Under the pieces are notes generated by a model. It made no database searches. It was given only the letters and a program-made list of their open reading frames with translations, and was not told the origin of the DNA. From positions 1,664,001 to 1,728,000 of the forward strand of contig OY821645.1 in NCBI GenBank assembly GCA_963682135.1: 64,000 bases of DNA, written 5' to 3'. The position numbers were made by a program, and so were the translations under genes. The number at the start of each line of letters is the position of its first letter. The first letter of the stretch is position 1. Positions 19,869 through 28,651 of this stretch are shown piece after piece. The stretch comes from Methanothrix sp. (GTDB taxonomy: Archaea > Halobacteriota > Methanosarcinia > Methanotrichales > Methanotrichaceae).

Positions 19869-20357
19869 ATTAGAAGAGTAGCAATGTTCTTTGTGCTGGC
19901 TATGGCATTGGCTGCATTTGCGGCTCCTGCCTTGGCTCAGTCGGCAATGATTGGAAGCGGCGGCGTGGACATCCTCGGACAGGGCATATTTGAGACAGGT
20001 GCGGGTGCATTCAAATTCCCTGCTGCGGTCAACGCCAACTACGACTCTATTGATGTTGGAAATGATATGGCCCGGGCAATAGGAGCAGGAGTGGGCCCTG
20101 GAATCGGGCTTCTGGGTGCCAATTCCGGAGCAGTATCTGCAACCAACCATCTGAAGATCAAGAAGAATCAGGATACCGGCGACGCTCAGACATGTACCGC
20201 CTGCAGTCCCAAGTATAACATCGAGCAGGTCAAAGTCGGCAATAGAAATGCTTTGGCTATTGGTGCAGGTGTTGGCAGGACTTTCCTTGGAGCTGCCTTC
20301 AATGCCGGCGGTGTCTCTGCAACCAACGACGTTGAGATTGTGACCAACCAGCAGTAA
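19869..20357 (+). CDS. Small secreted beta-repeat protein A2 (paralog of A1); nearest canonical start ATG 19884
   Basis: Signal RRVAMFFVLAMALAAFAAPALA; GSGGVDILGxGIFET; two VGN..SATN..NQ repeats; CTAC linker. Confidence 0.88.
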   Translation: MRRVAMFFVLAMALAAFAAPALAQSAMIGSGGVDILGQGIFETGAGAFKFPAAVNANYDSIDVGNDMARAIGAGVGPGIGLLGANSGAVSATNHLKIKKNQDTGDAQTCTACSPKYNIEQVKVGNRNALAIGAGVGRTFLGAAFNAGGVSATNDVEIVTNQQ

Positions 20358-20387
20358 CTTCGGGGCAATCTGCCCGAGGGATGAAAT

Positions 20388-21068
20388 ATGAAAAAAATAC
20401 TGGGACCCACTGGCCGTCTGCTGGTGGGGGCCGTTTTTATTTGTCTTCTAATTTCGCAAAGTGTGGCCACGGCAGAATCGCCGCCCAATTTGCCTGATCT
20501 GCAAAAAGGACTGAAAGAGTCACAATACAGTCCATCCAGTCAGGGTCATCGCGAATGGGGGATAATGCAGCCTTATGCTTCCGACCTCAGGCCCGATCTC
20601 ATGCCCTCAAAAGAAAAAGTCACACTGGATGAATCGAATTCAAGTGAGCAGGTATCGCAGCTTACAGCAATGAATACTGCTAGAGAGAGAGATATCATTT
20701 ACAACGGCGAGCAGTATAAGGATTCAGATACGCACAGTCCAGCCAACTCCCTGGATATAGCTGTCACCGGGCAGGAGGAGACGAAGAGGTCTTTTCCAAA
20801 TGAAAATTGGGATGATAGCTATATCGACCAGATTGTTGATAGTGCTTTGAGCACCAGCATGGAAAGTGAGGGAAAAAATGGCCAGCCTGCAAGAATAAGT
20901 AGCCAATCACAACCACTGGGCAACAATCTGAATATTGATGTGAGCGGCATATCCGTTCGTGCTATAAACACCGTTCAAGGAGGCAGCGCCGTAGCAACTT
21001 CCAATATTATCATAAAACCGGTGCAGATCATCATCTGTCCCTCTGAGGTTGCGGAGAAGCTCCGATAA
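20388..21068 (+). CDS. Secreted partner protein B2 (paralog of B1)
   Basis: Signal MKKILGPTGRLLVGAVFICLLISQSVATA; C-terminus ISVRAINTVQGGSAVATSNIIIKPVQIIICP. Confidence 0.85.
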   Translation: MKKILGPTGRLLVGAVFICLLISQSVATAESPPNLPDLQKGLKESQYSPSSQGHREWGIMQPYASDLRPDLMPSKEKVTLDESNSSEQVSQLTAMNTARERDIIYNGEQYKDSDTHSPANSLDIAVTGQEETKRSFPNENWDDSYIDQIVDSALSTSMESEGKNGQPARISSQSQPLGNNLNIDVSGISVRAINTVQGGSAVATSNIIIKPVQIIICPSEVAEKLR

Positions 21069-21116
21069 GAGCCATCAAAAACTATAAGGGCATTTTGTTT
21101 CATTCCTTTTGCCGCT

Positions 21117-22472
21117 ATGACCGTCCAGAGACCAAGAGGCACAAGGGATTTCCTCCCCGAGGAGACTGAGAAGAGAGGACGGGCCAAGTTGGCCATGCAG
21201 GATGTTTTAGAGCGCTGGGGATACCAGGAGGTAGTTACTCCTACATTTGAGCATCTCGAGCTTTTTACCAAAAAATCGGGCGCATCAGTGGTAGAAGAGA
21301 TCTACAGCTTCGCGGATAAAGGGGGACGCGCTCTTGCCTTGCGCCCGGAGCTAACAGCACCAGTTATGCGCATGTATGTCTCCGAGATGCAAAATTCCCC
21401 CAAGCCGCAGAGGCTCTGGTATTTCGGCAACTGTTTTCGCTACGAGAGGCCCCAGAGAGGACGCTTTAGAGAGTTCTGGCAGATGGGTACAGAGCTGATC
21501 GGCGCAGCCAAGCCTGATTCCGAGGCGGAGGCCATTGCTCTGGCAGACGAGATGTTAAGGAGCGTGGGCGTGAGCGGAGATATTCACGTCGGCTACCTGG
21601 GGCTGATCCGATCCATTCTGGACAAGATCGATGTGCAGCATCGTCCTTCAGTCATGAGGATGATAGATAAAAAGGAGCGTTCCGCTCTTGCCGTTCTGCT
21701 GGAAGAGATAGAGCAGAGCCATCTGGGCCTCTTGGAACTGATCGATCTGAAGGGGCAAGACGCCCTGGATAAAGCTGCCGAGATAGTCCGGGAGCCGGGG
21801 GCGAAGCCGGAGAAGGCGTCCGCGTCTGATGCCGCCCCTGCTGGCGAGCCTGCGGCTGCAGCCTCATCCCCTGCGGGTCGCATCTCAGCCCGCCAGGGCA
21901 GGGCGGTAGGGGCAGAGCTGCGACTCGAAGAATTCCAGGAGACGGTGGATCTTCTAGGTGCCTACGGCATCAAATTCACCATCGACTTTGAGATCGTGCG
22001 AGGCCTCGAGTACTACTCCGGCACCGTCTTTGAGATCTATGCAGAGGGCTTAGGCGCACAAAGGCAAATCTGCGGCGGCGGAACCTATGAGCTCGCCAGC
22101 CTCTTCGGGGGCAAGGAGACCTCTAGCACGGGCTTCGGCCTGGGCTTCGACCGCATCATGGAGATTGTGCAGATGGAAGGGTCGCGCACACTCCCGGTAT
22201 TTTTAGCCTTTATGCCTGATGTCAAGGTGCAGGCAACAAAGATTGCCGGAATGCTGCGCAAAAGCGTTCCGCTGGTAATGGATGTCATGGGCCGAAGCCT
22301 GGGCGCGCAGCTAAAAGCAGCGGCCAGCGCGGGAGCGAAATTTGTGGTGATCGTGGGCAAGGACGAGCTGGATGCGGGCATGCTCACGCTGCGAAATATG
22401 GCCGGAGGAGAGCAGGAGAGCCTGACTTTGCCGGCGATTGAGGAACGTCTAAAAGAGCATTTTCAAAGATAA
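21117..22472 (+). CDS. hisS: Histidine--tRNA ligase
   Basis: PRGTRDFLP, LRPELTAP, FRYERPQRGRFREFWQ, VRGLEYYSGTVFE, GGGTY, GFGLGFDR. Confidence 0.97.
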   Translation: MTVQRPRGTRDFLPEETEKRGRAKLAMQDVLERWGYQEVVTPTFEHLELFTKKSGASVVEEIYSFADKGGRALALRPELTAPVMRMYVSEMQNSPKPQRLWYFGNCFRYERPQRGRFREFWQMGTELIGAAKPDSEAEAIALADEMLRSVGVSGDIHVGYLGLIRSILDKIDVQHRPSVMRMIDKKERSALAVLLEEIEQSHLGLLELIDLKGQDALDKAAEIVREPGAKPEKASASDAAPAGEPAAAASSPAGRISARQGRAVGAELRLEEFQETVDLLGAYGIKFTIDFEIVRGLEYYSGTVFEIYAEGLGAQRQICGGGTYELASLFGGKETSSTGFGLGFDRIMEIVQMEGSRTLPVFLAFMPDVKVQATKIAGMLRKSVPLVMDVMGRSLGAQLKAAASAGAKFVVIVGKDELDAGMLTLRNMAGGEQESLTLPAIEERLKEHFQR

Positions 22473-22534
22473 TGGTCCGGCAAAGCTAAGGGGCCTTATC
22501 TCTCCAGAAGGCCGATCTTTTGCCATTTTTATGA

Positions 22535-22675
22535 TTATGTTAAGGTAGCAGATACGATTATCAGAACCAGGAATGTGAGGATCACCATCGAGAGAATGAT
22601 CAGGTCTGCGTATTTGCTTTTCAATAGTCCATCCACAAATGCAGTTGCATCATTCTGCTCGCTAACGTCAGACAA
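22535..22675 (-). CDS. Small 46-aa protein with C-terminal TM helix (below ORF-track cutoff)
   Basis: SD AGGTGGGG then TTG; MSDVSEQNDATAFVDGLLKSKYADLIILSMVILTFLVLIIVSATLT*. Confidence 0.65.
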   Translation of the reverse strand: MSDVSEQNDATAFVDGLLKSKYADLIILSMVILTFLVLIIVSATLT

Positions 22676-22781
22676 AGCCCCACCTTCATTATCTTTAATG
22701 AAACTTAGTTGGCGTTCTGACTTTAAATAATTTTTTGTTAAAGATTTATATATCTCAAATGGGTATCATAAAAAAGGTTGT

Positions 22782-23339
22782 CTAGAGCAGCCCCATGTTC
22801 TCGAGCTGCATGCGCACGATGTGCACGCCCTCCTCGCACTCAGCCGGTGATTTTCCGCCCGTTACCACCAGTTTTCCGGAGCTGAAAATGAGCACTACAA
22901 CCTTTGGCACCTTGATCCTATAGACCAACCCGGGAAACTGCTCCGGCTCGTACTCGATATTCTCCAGGCCCAGGCCCAGAGCAATGGCATTCAAGTTCAA
23001 GTCCGTCTTCAGATCAGCGGAGGCCACAATGTTCTGAACGTGGATCTCAGGTTCCAGATCGATGTTCTCAAAGCCAATGGACTTGAGGGTCTTGGCCATG
23101 TTGGTTATGACCGTGCGAACGTCCTCGACATTCTTGGCTCCGGTGCATACCACCTTGCCGGAAGTGAATATAAGAAAAGCAGCTCTCGGGGCTTTGACCC
23201 TGTAGACGAGGCCGGGAAACTTCTCCTTGTTATACTCAGCGCCCTCCAGTTCGGCCTCGATCTTGTGCAGGTCGAACGCTTCTGCCAGCTTGGTGGATGC
23301 CACCACGTTCTCAATATTAATTGTGGACTCCATGCTCAA
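22782..23339 (-). CDS. tbp: TATA-box binding protein
   Basis: Two repeats NVVAS/NIVAS...Y.PE.FPGLVYR...LIF.SGK.V.TG.K. Confidence 0.98.
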   Translation of the reverse strand: MSMESTINIENVVASTKLAEAFDLHKIEAELEGAEYNKEKFPGLVYRVKAPRAAFLIFTSGKVVCTGAKNVEDVRTVITNMAKTLKSIGFENIDLEPEIHVQNIVASADLKTDLNLNAIALGLGLENIEYEPEQFPGLVYRIKVPKVVVLIFSSGKLVVTGGKSPAECEEGVHIVRMQLENMGLL

Positions 23340-23487
23340 GTATCTCCAGATTATCCCTTATAAACTGGGGGTATATAAACATGAGTATTTAAGATTTATA
23401 AACTGCTTATATATGGCTTATAAAGACGCTCTCTTCCCGGGAGAGAATTAAAAAAAATAAGCAGTCGGCATGATAGGTCAAACCCCA

Positions 23488-24366
23488 TCAATTATTGCTC
23501 TTCCACTTGAGCTTGTCTCCCTTCCACTTCACGACTCCGCTCTTCTCCAGCACCCTGGCCAGATCCTCGGCTACCTCATCACCATAGACGTTCAGGACGC
23601 TGCCCTCATCCTCCAAAGTCATATTGCATTCTTCGGCAAACTCTGCAAAATCCATCTTGCGGGATGTGGGTGAAGTGGCCAGCTTTTCGATCAGCAATCC
23701 CAGAACCTTAAGGCGCTGGGCTTCCGAGGGATATTCATCCCAAAACTCGTCATTCAGATCGCAGGCAAGAGGTGTGGTAAACTCATCGACAAAGATATTG
23801 ACGGACTTCTCCAGATAGAAATCAATATTGCAGTTCATCTTACCCTGCCTGGTTTCATAGTCATCCGGATCGACAGTAGTCTCAATTATTGGATCGTCCA
23901 GCTTATTCTCCACATTCTCGCCGATCTTTATGTCGTTTAGATCAAGGACCATATCGCAAAAGGTGCGGGCTTTCGCTATGCTGAGGGCGTTGTTCATCCA
24001 CTCATCCGAGCCGAATTTCAGAGATTCCGCTTCTTCCGGGGAGAGGCTTTCCGAATTAACAGATAACGCCAGGATTTTGTCTCGTTTCTCCATCATAAGC
24101 GGGTCCAACTCTTTCAAGAAAAGGTCCCCGAAATTCTCGGGCGTGGCCTGGGGCAGGACGCTTTTTAGTGCTGAAAGATAGCGTTCGAACTGGTCGATAT
24201 CCCCTTTCATCAGCTCTTTGAGGGCGCTCAGATTGTCCTTGATGGTGTAAGTTGTCTCATCTTCCATCACCAGGCAGGACCTAGTCTCCACCTTGAGGCC
24301 GGCTTTATCCAGAAATTCTTTGATCTCTTTGGCCGTCTCTTCATCATACTCTCCAAGATAGAACAT
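23488..24366 (-). CDS. Acidic hypothetical protein, possible C-terminal winged helix
   Basis: 292-aa ORF with normal codon usage; no family recognised. Confidence 0.8.
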   Translation of the reverse strand: MFYLGEYDEETAKEIKEFLDKAGLKVETRSCLVMEDETTYTIKDNLSALKELMKGDIDQFERYLSALKSVLPQATPENFGDLFLKELDPLMMEKRDKILALSVNSESLSPEEAESLKFGSDEWMNNALSIAKARTFCDMVLDLNDIKIGENVENKLDDPIIETTVDPDDYETRQGKMNCNIDFYLEKSVNIFVDEFTTPLACDLNDEFWDEYPSEAQRLKVLGLLIEKLATSPTSRKMDFAEFAEECNMTLEDEGSVLNVYGDEVAEDLARVLEKSGVVKWKGDKLKWKSNN

Positions 24367-24904
24367 AGTATTGAGTTGAATGATGTAGTGGGATTAAAAA
24401 GCTTTAGTTGCTCAATCTCAATTGCCGCGAACTCAGGTCGTCACTTGCATAGCTTTAGACCACTACTGCTTTGCTTTCCATTTCCAAGGGACGCACTCCC
24501 ATGAATTCATTGCAAACAAAGCCGTTCTCCCTGAGCACCATTTCCTGGGCACAGAGCTGAACTCTCTCCGGCTCGTAAGCTCCTTCCGGGATATCAGGCG
24601 CTTCCCCCCTCTTGTAGTCCACAGGAGTGACATGACCGCCATCGCCCTCCAATACATTGCTTTTGAGGATTATGAGGGCGATGTTACGAAGATAGAGGGC
24701 TGTGCTCAAATTTGCTCAGCTATCCAGTTGAACAAGGCGATTTCGCTGCTCCTGGAAATATGAAATGATATGAAAGAGATGAAAAGCGATGGGAAAGCAG
24801 TGCGAAAGACCACCGAAGAGACCCTTGAAGAGATAAGCAGAAAGCGTGATGAGCGTAGCCATGTTAAGCGCCCGTCTGCCGCATGAACTCTCTTTTACTC
24901 CGTC

Positions 24905-25396
24905 TTATCCTTCCCCAAGGCCTTCAAGCGCCTCTTTCAGCTTCCTGTAAGTCGCCCCCAGCGCCTCAGATATCACCCTGGTGTCGGATAGCACGGGCAT
25001 GAAATTGGTATCCCCATTCCAGCGGGGCACAATGTGCAGATGGATGTGATCGGCAACCCCTGCTCCCCCCACCAGGCCCATGTTGATGCCCAGATTAAAG
25101 CCGTCCGGACGCATGGTCTTCTTGAGCAGCTCCACGCAAAGATCGGCGAGCTGCATCATCTCCTGCTGCTCCTCTGCCGCCCAGCCCGATAGAGTTGCCG
25201 TGTGCCGGTAGGGAACCACCATCATATGGCCGTTGTTGTAGGGAAAAGCATTGAGGATGATGAAATGATATTTGCCCCGGTAAAGAATATAGTTGTCTTC
25301 ATCATTCTTCTCAGCGGGCTTATCGCAGAATATGCAGCCCTTCGGCTTTACGCTTAAGATGTAATCGATTCTCCAGGGGGCCCATAAATTTTCCAT
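24905..25396 (-). CDS. HIT-family hydrolase (Ap4A phosphorylase-like)
   Basis: LWAPWR, CIFC, NAFPYNNGHMMVVP, HIHLHIVPRW. Confidence 0.95.
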   Translation of the reverse strand: MENLWAPWRIDYILSVKPKGCIFCDKPAEKNDEDNYILYRGKYHFIILNAFPYNNGHMMVVPYRHTATLSGWAAEEQQEMMQLADLCVELLKKTMRPDGFNLGINMGLVGGAGVADHIHLHIVPRWNGDTNFMPVLSDTRVISEALGATYRKLKEALEGLGEG

Positions 25397-25397
25397 G

Positions 25398-26024
25398 TTA
25401 TTTCTCCTCAGACTTCGCCTCAGTCTGCCAGACCAGCGTTCTTCCCTGCACCCTGGGCTTTTCCTCTATAAACATCTTTATCGCCCTGGGGTAGGCTTTG
25501 TACTCCGCCCTCTGAATTCTGGCCTTGAGACTATCGTGGGTATCGCTCTCCAAAACGCGCACCGGCCTCTGGTAGACAATGGGGCCGTGGTCTACGTCCT
25601 CATCCACAATATGAACGGTCGTTCCCGTCCATTTTACGCCATAGGCCAGAGCCTGGGAAAAAGCATCCATACCCCTAAATGAAGGCAGAAGGGCGGGATG
25701 GATATTCAGAATCCTATCTTTGTAATAGCGAACGAATGTGGGCGACAAAATCCTCATGTAGCCCGTGAGAACTACCAGCTCTACTCCAACCGCATCCAGA
25801 TAGGCGATGAGCAACTTATCGTACTCCTCTCGACGCAGGTGCGCAGGATCGACAAAATGAGCGGGAACGCCATACTCCTTTGCGATCTGAAGAGCACCTG
25901 CATCCGGCTGATCGGTGAGAACTACCCCAACATGGGCAGGCAGCCGACCGCTGCGCTCTTCTTGCATAATGTAGCGCAAATTCTCTCCCCGACCCGAGGA
26001 TATGACGCCTATTGTGGTTGTCAA
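25398..26024 (-). CDS. purN: Phosphoribosylglycinamide formyltransferase
   Basis: SGRGENL, GYMRIL, NIHPALLPSF, VHIVDEDVDHGPI. Confidence 0.95.
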   Translation of the reverse strand: MTTTIGVISSGRGENLRYIMQEERSGRLPAHVGVVLTDQPDAGALQIAKEYGVPAHFVDPAHLRREEYDKLLIAYLDAVGVELVVLTGYMRILSPTFVRYYKDRILNIHPALLPSFRGMDAFSQALAYGVKWTGTTVHIVDEDVDHGPIVYQRPVRVLESDTHDSLKARIQRAEYKAYPRAIKMFIEEKPRVQGRTLVWQTEAKSEEK

Positions 26025-26050
26025 GATGATTATCTCACTAGAGTTTTATT

Positions 26051-26326
26051 TTAATTGCATTTGCCAATGGTAATTTCAATTGCTGATACATTGGTCTCTC
26101 CCCGCTCTGTGTTGAGGATCTCCGTGGAAATACAGATGCCCTTCACAATGACATCCGACAAAAAGCGAGACCTTGAAACCTCTGCCACATCCACCGCCCG
26201 GGAGATGGCCTGGCCCCTGGCCATGATCCTGACATCCTTAGCGCCGTTGTTGAACTGTGTAACCACTGCCAGCACGTAGTTCATCACTGGCTTATTGCCG
26301 ACGAACACGACATCATTTTCAGCCAT
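26051..26326 (-). CDS. albA: Chromatin protein Alba
   Basis: [34 protein letters not shown]. Confidence 0.97.
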   Translation of the reverse strand: MAENDVVFVGNKPVMNYVLAVVTQFNNGAKDVRIMARGQAISRAVDVAEVSRSRFLSDVIVKGICISTEILNTERGETNVSAIEITIGKCN

Positions 26327-26409
26327 TGGGTTATCACCTTGGATTTATTAAAGGTAATCAATCATTTCCTACATAAAGTTGCTGATTATGGATTCACAGG
26401 TATCTGCTT

Positions 26410-26982
26410 TCACAGGTATCTGCCTCGCGCCTTGATCTCCTTGACCCTCTGCAAGACAGAATCCGCCTGAGAATAGGTGCGGGTATACCCAGCCACAAAA
26501 GCCTCTATCAATTCTTGAGGCTGGTCGTGCGTGCTCTCCAGGGTCTGAAAGTAGACATGCACATCCACCCCCTGTGCTTCCACGGTTTTCTCGTAAAATG
26601 ACAGGCCGAAGTCGATGAGACATATCTTGCCGCGTGTGAATATCATATTGGAAGTGGTCAGATCCCCATGCACAATTCCACCCCGGTGCAGCTTTCCCAC
26701 CGTCTCCCCCACCATCTCGGATAGCTCCCGGTTGATCACATCCTTCAGCTTCTCTCCCACTACTCTCTCCATTCTGAGATCAAAGCGAGACACATCGCAA
26801 ATAATGGGCGTGAGAACCCCGTGCCTGCGGGCATCAGACATGATCCTTGCTTCTCGCAAGGTCCTCTCCTGCCGAATACGTTCATCGAGTGCCGGCTGCC
26901 GGTAGCTCTTGGCATGCCGCTCCTTCTTGACGATCCCATTTTCAAGAGTAATGACAGCTTCTGCGCCTCTGCCTATCTCCAT
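26410..26982 (-). CDS. bud32: KEOPS complex kinase Bud32
   Basis: GRGAEA, KSYR..LDERIR..RT.REAR, IVHGDLTTSN, IDFGL. Confidence 0.93.
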   Translation of the reverse strand: MEIGRGAEAVITLENGIVKKERHAKSYRQPALDERIRQERTLREARIMSDARRHGVLTPIICDVSRFDLRMERVVGEKLKDVINRELSEMVGETVGKLHRGGIVHGDLTTSNMIFTRGKICLIDFGLSFYEKTVEAQGVDVHVYFQTLESTHDQPQELIEAFVAGYTRTYSQADSVLQRVKEIKARGRYL

Positions 26983-28010
26983 AAATCCTCTTTTCTTTTC
27001 CAGGCATTGACAAGACCAATGCAGCCCGTAATCATCATATCCCCACCGGGAGATGCCGCCTTTGCGCCCTTCAGGGCACCGCTGCCAAGAAATGCCTGAC
27101 GACGCGGGCCGGTGACAAGAGTGGTCCCTATCTTGTCAGGAACGCTATCGATATAGGCCCCGTGGCCTCCATCCTCGAAGACTTCACTGCTCTTTAATGT
27201 TCCGTTGCACAGCTTTTCTGTAAACTCTGCCAGCTTTTCCGGAGATAGCTCCGAGGTGTGGTGCTCGAAGATGGCTGTGATCCGGCCCTCGGCCAGGAGG
27301 GCAGCCACAGTGTGGCCGTTTCCAAAATTTATAATGAGCGCCGGTGACTCGTCCGGCAAATCGAGAGCGGCACCAAATATCGCTGCCGGGCCGGTGTCCA
27401 TGAGAAGCGGCTTTATTCCTGCCCCCTCCAGAGCACCCTGCACGGCCAGCATCCTGGTCATGGCCGCCGGAGGCTGCCGGTAAGCGAAAGCCTCCAGTCT
27501 CCCGCCTGAGCGGATCGCATCAGTCAGATGCTCAAAGCGAACCAGACGATTTGACCGCTCTGGCGAAAAGCCATGATCCTGTACGGCCACAGCCATATCC
27601 GCGGGCAGAGCAATGTCGAAGATCTCCAGGGTATGGGCCAGCGCGGCAATGTCCACGTCTCCCGTTTCAATAATTTGCGCCCCCATGGGTGCCTCCTCTT
27701 GAATCGTGACGCCTAAGGCCGCTACGCGCTCCAAATTATCATTAATGGTTGCTGCAGCCGACGGCGCAGCATAGACTCTCAGTCCCGCAGCCAGATGCCA
27801 TCTTACCGCTGCAGTAGATGCCCCTCCGCCCATTGTCGGTCCGCGCAGAAATACATCCCTGCCGGCAAGACGGGCCCGGTTGATCCTGTTTCCCACAATC
27901 ACGGTTTGACTGGGCAAAACCATCTTGGTCGAGCCTTCCAATGACACTTCATCAGAGTAGAGCAGGATGTCCTGGGTGCCTGCCCCCACATCAATTGCCA
28001 AGAGCGACAT
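26973..28010 (-). CDS. DUF1786-family protein (ASKHA fold)
   Basis: LAIDVGAGTQDIL, AVQDHG, MDTGPAA, NFGNGHT, FEHHT, DGGHG, GDMMITGCIGL. Confidence 0.85.
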   Translation of the reverse strand: MSLLAIDVGAGTQDILLYSDEVSLEGSTKMVLPSQTVIVGNRINRARLAGRDVFLRGPTMGGGASTAAVRWHLAAGLRVYAAPSAAATINDNLERVAALGVTIQEEAPMGAQIIETGDVDIAALAHTLEIFDIALPADMAVAVQDHGFSPERSNRLVRFEHLTDAIRSGGRLEAFAYRQPPAAMTRMLAVQGALEGAGIKPLLMDTGPAAIFGAALDLPDESPALIINFGNGHTVAALLAEGRITAIFEHHTSELSPEKLAEFTEKLCNGTLKSSEVFEDGGHGAYIDSVPDKIGTTLVTGPRRQAFLGSGALKGAKAASPGGDMMITGCIGLVNAWKRKEDLWR

Positions 28011-28071
28011 AGATATCCCTTCATGGTTCCTTCATGGGAAAAATTTTATCCTAGGCTACAAAGGAAATAGC

Positions 28072-28545
28072 ATGATCATAGATGTAGTGGTCGCGAGCAC
28101 ATCCCGCTTTCAAAAGTTTGGAAGGGTGAAGTCTCCAGAAGAGGCAGAAGACCTATCCGGCAAGGTGATCTTGGAGATGATTAAAGCGGCAGGATTTACC
28201 GCCCGCTACTCTCTTTTACCGGACGGCTTTGTGCTGCGAGAGGCGGTAGAAAAGAGCAACGCAGATGCGATTATTATCTGTGGCGGCACCGGGCTTACTC
28301 ATCTGGACCTGACTCTGGAAGCCATTGAGCCACTCTTTGAAAAGACTCTTCCCGGATTTGGAGAGATCTTTCGCTACAAAAGCCTGGATGAGGTGGGCTC
28401 TCGCGCCATGCTCACCAGGGCTGCGGCAGGAGTCTATCATGGAAGACCGGTCTTCTGTCTGCCAGGATCGCCGGGCGCAGCGCGTCTGGGGCTGGATCTC
28501 ATCCTGAAAGAGATAGATCATATTATTGGGCATATAAGGGAATAA
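28072..28545 (+). CDS. moaB: Molybdenum cofactor biosynthesis protein MoaB/MogA
   Basis: DLSG, GGTGLTHLDLT.EA, LPGFGEIFR, FCLPGSP. Confidence 0.9.
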   Translation: MIIDVVVASTSRFQKFGRVKSPEEAEDLSGKVILEMIKAAGFTARYSLLPDGFVLREAVEKSNADAIIICGGTGLTHLDLTLEAIEPLFEKTLPGFGEIFRYKSLDEVGSRAMLTRAAAGVYHGRPVFCLPGSPGAARLGLDLILKEIDHIIGHIRE

Positions 28546-28651
28546 AATGAAAAAATAGTATTTATCTTATTAATTTACATTAAGCCGCAGTAGCCTTTTA
28601 TATCATTAGCACTCTGATAAGGATATAGAGCTATAGGGAGACGATTGGCCA

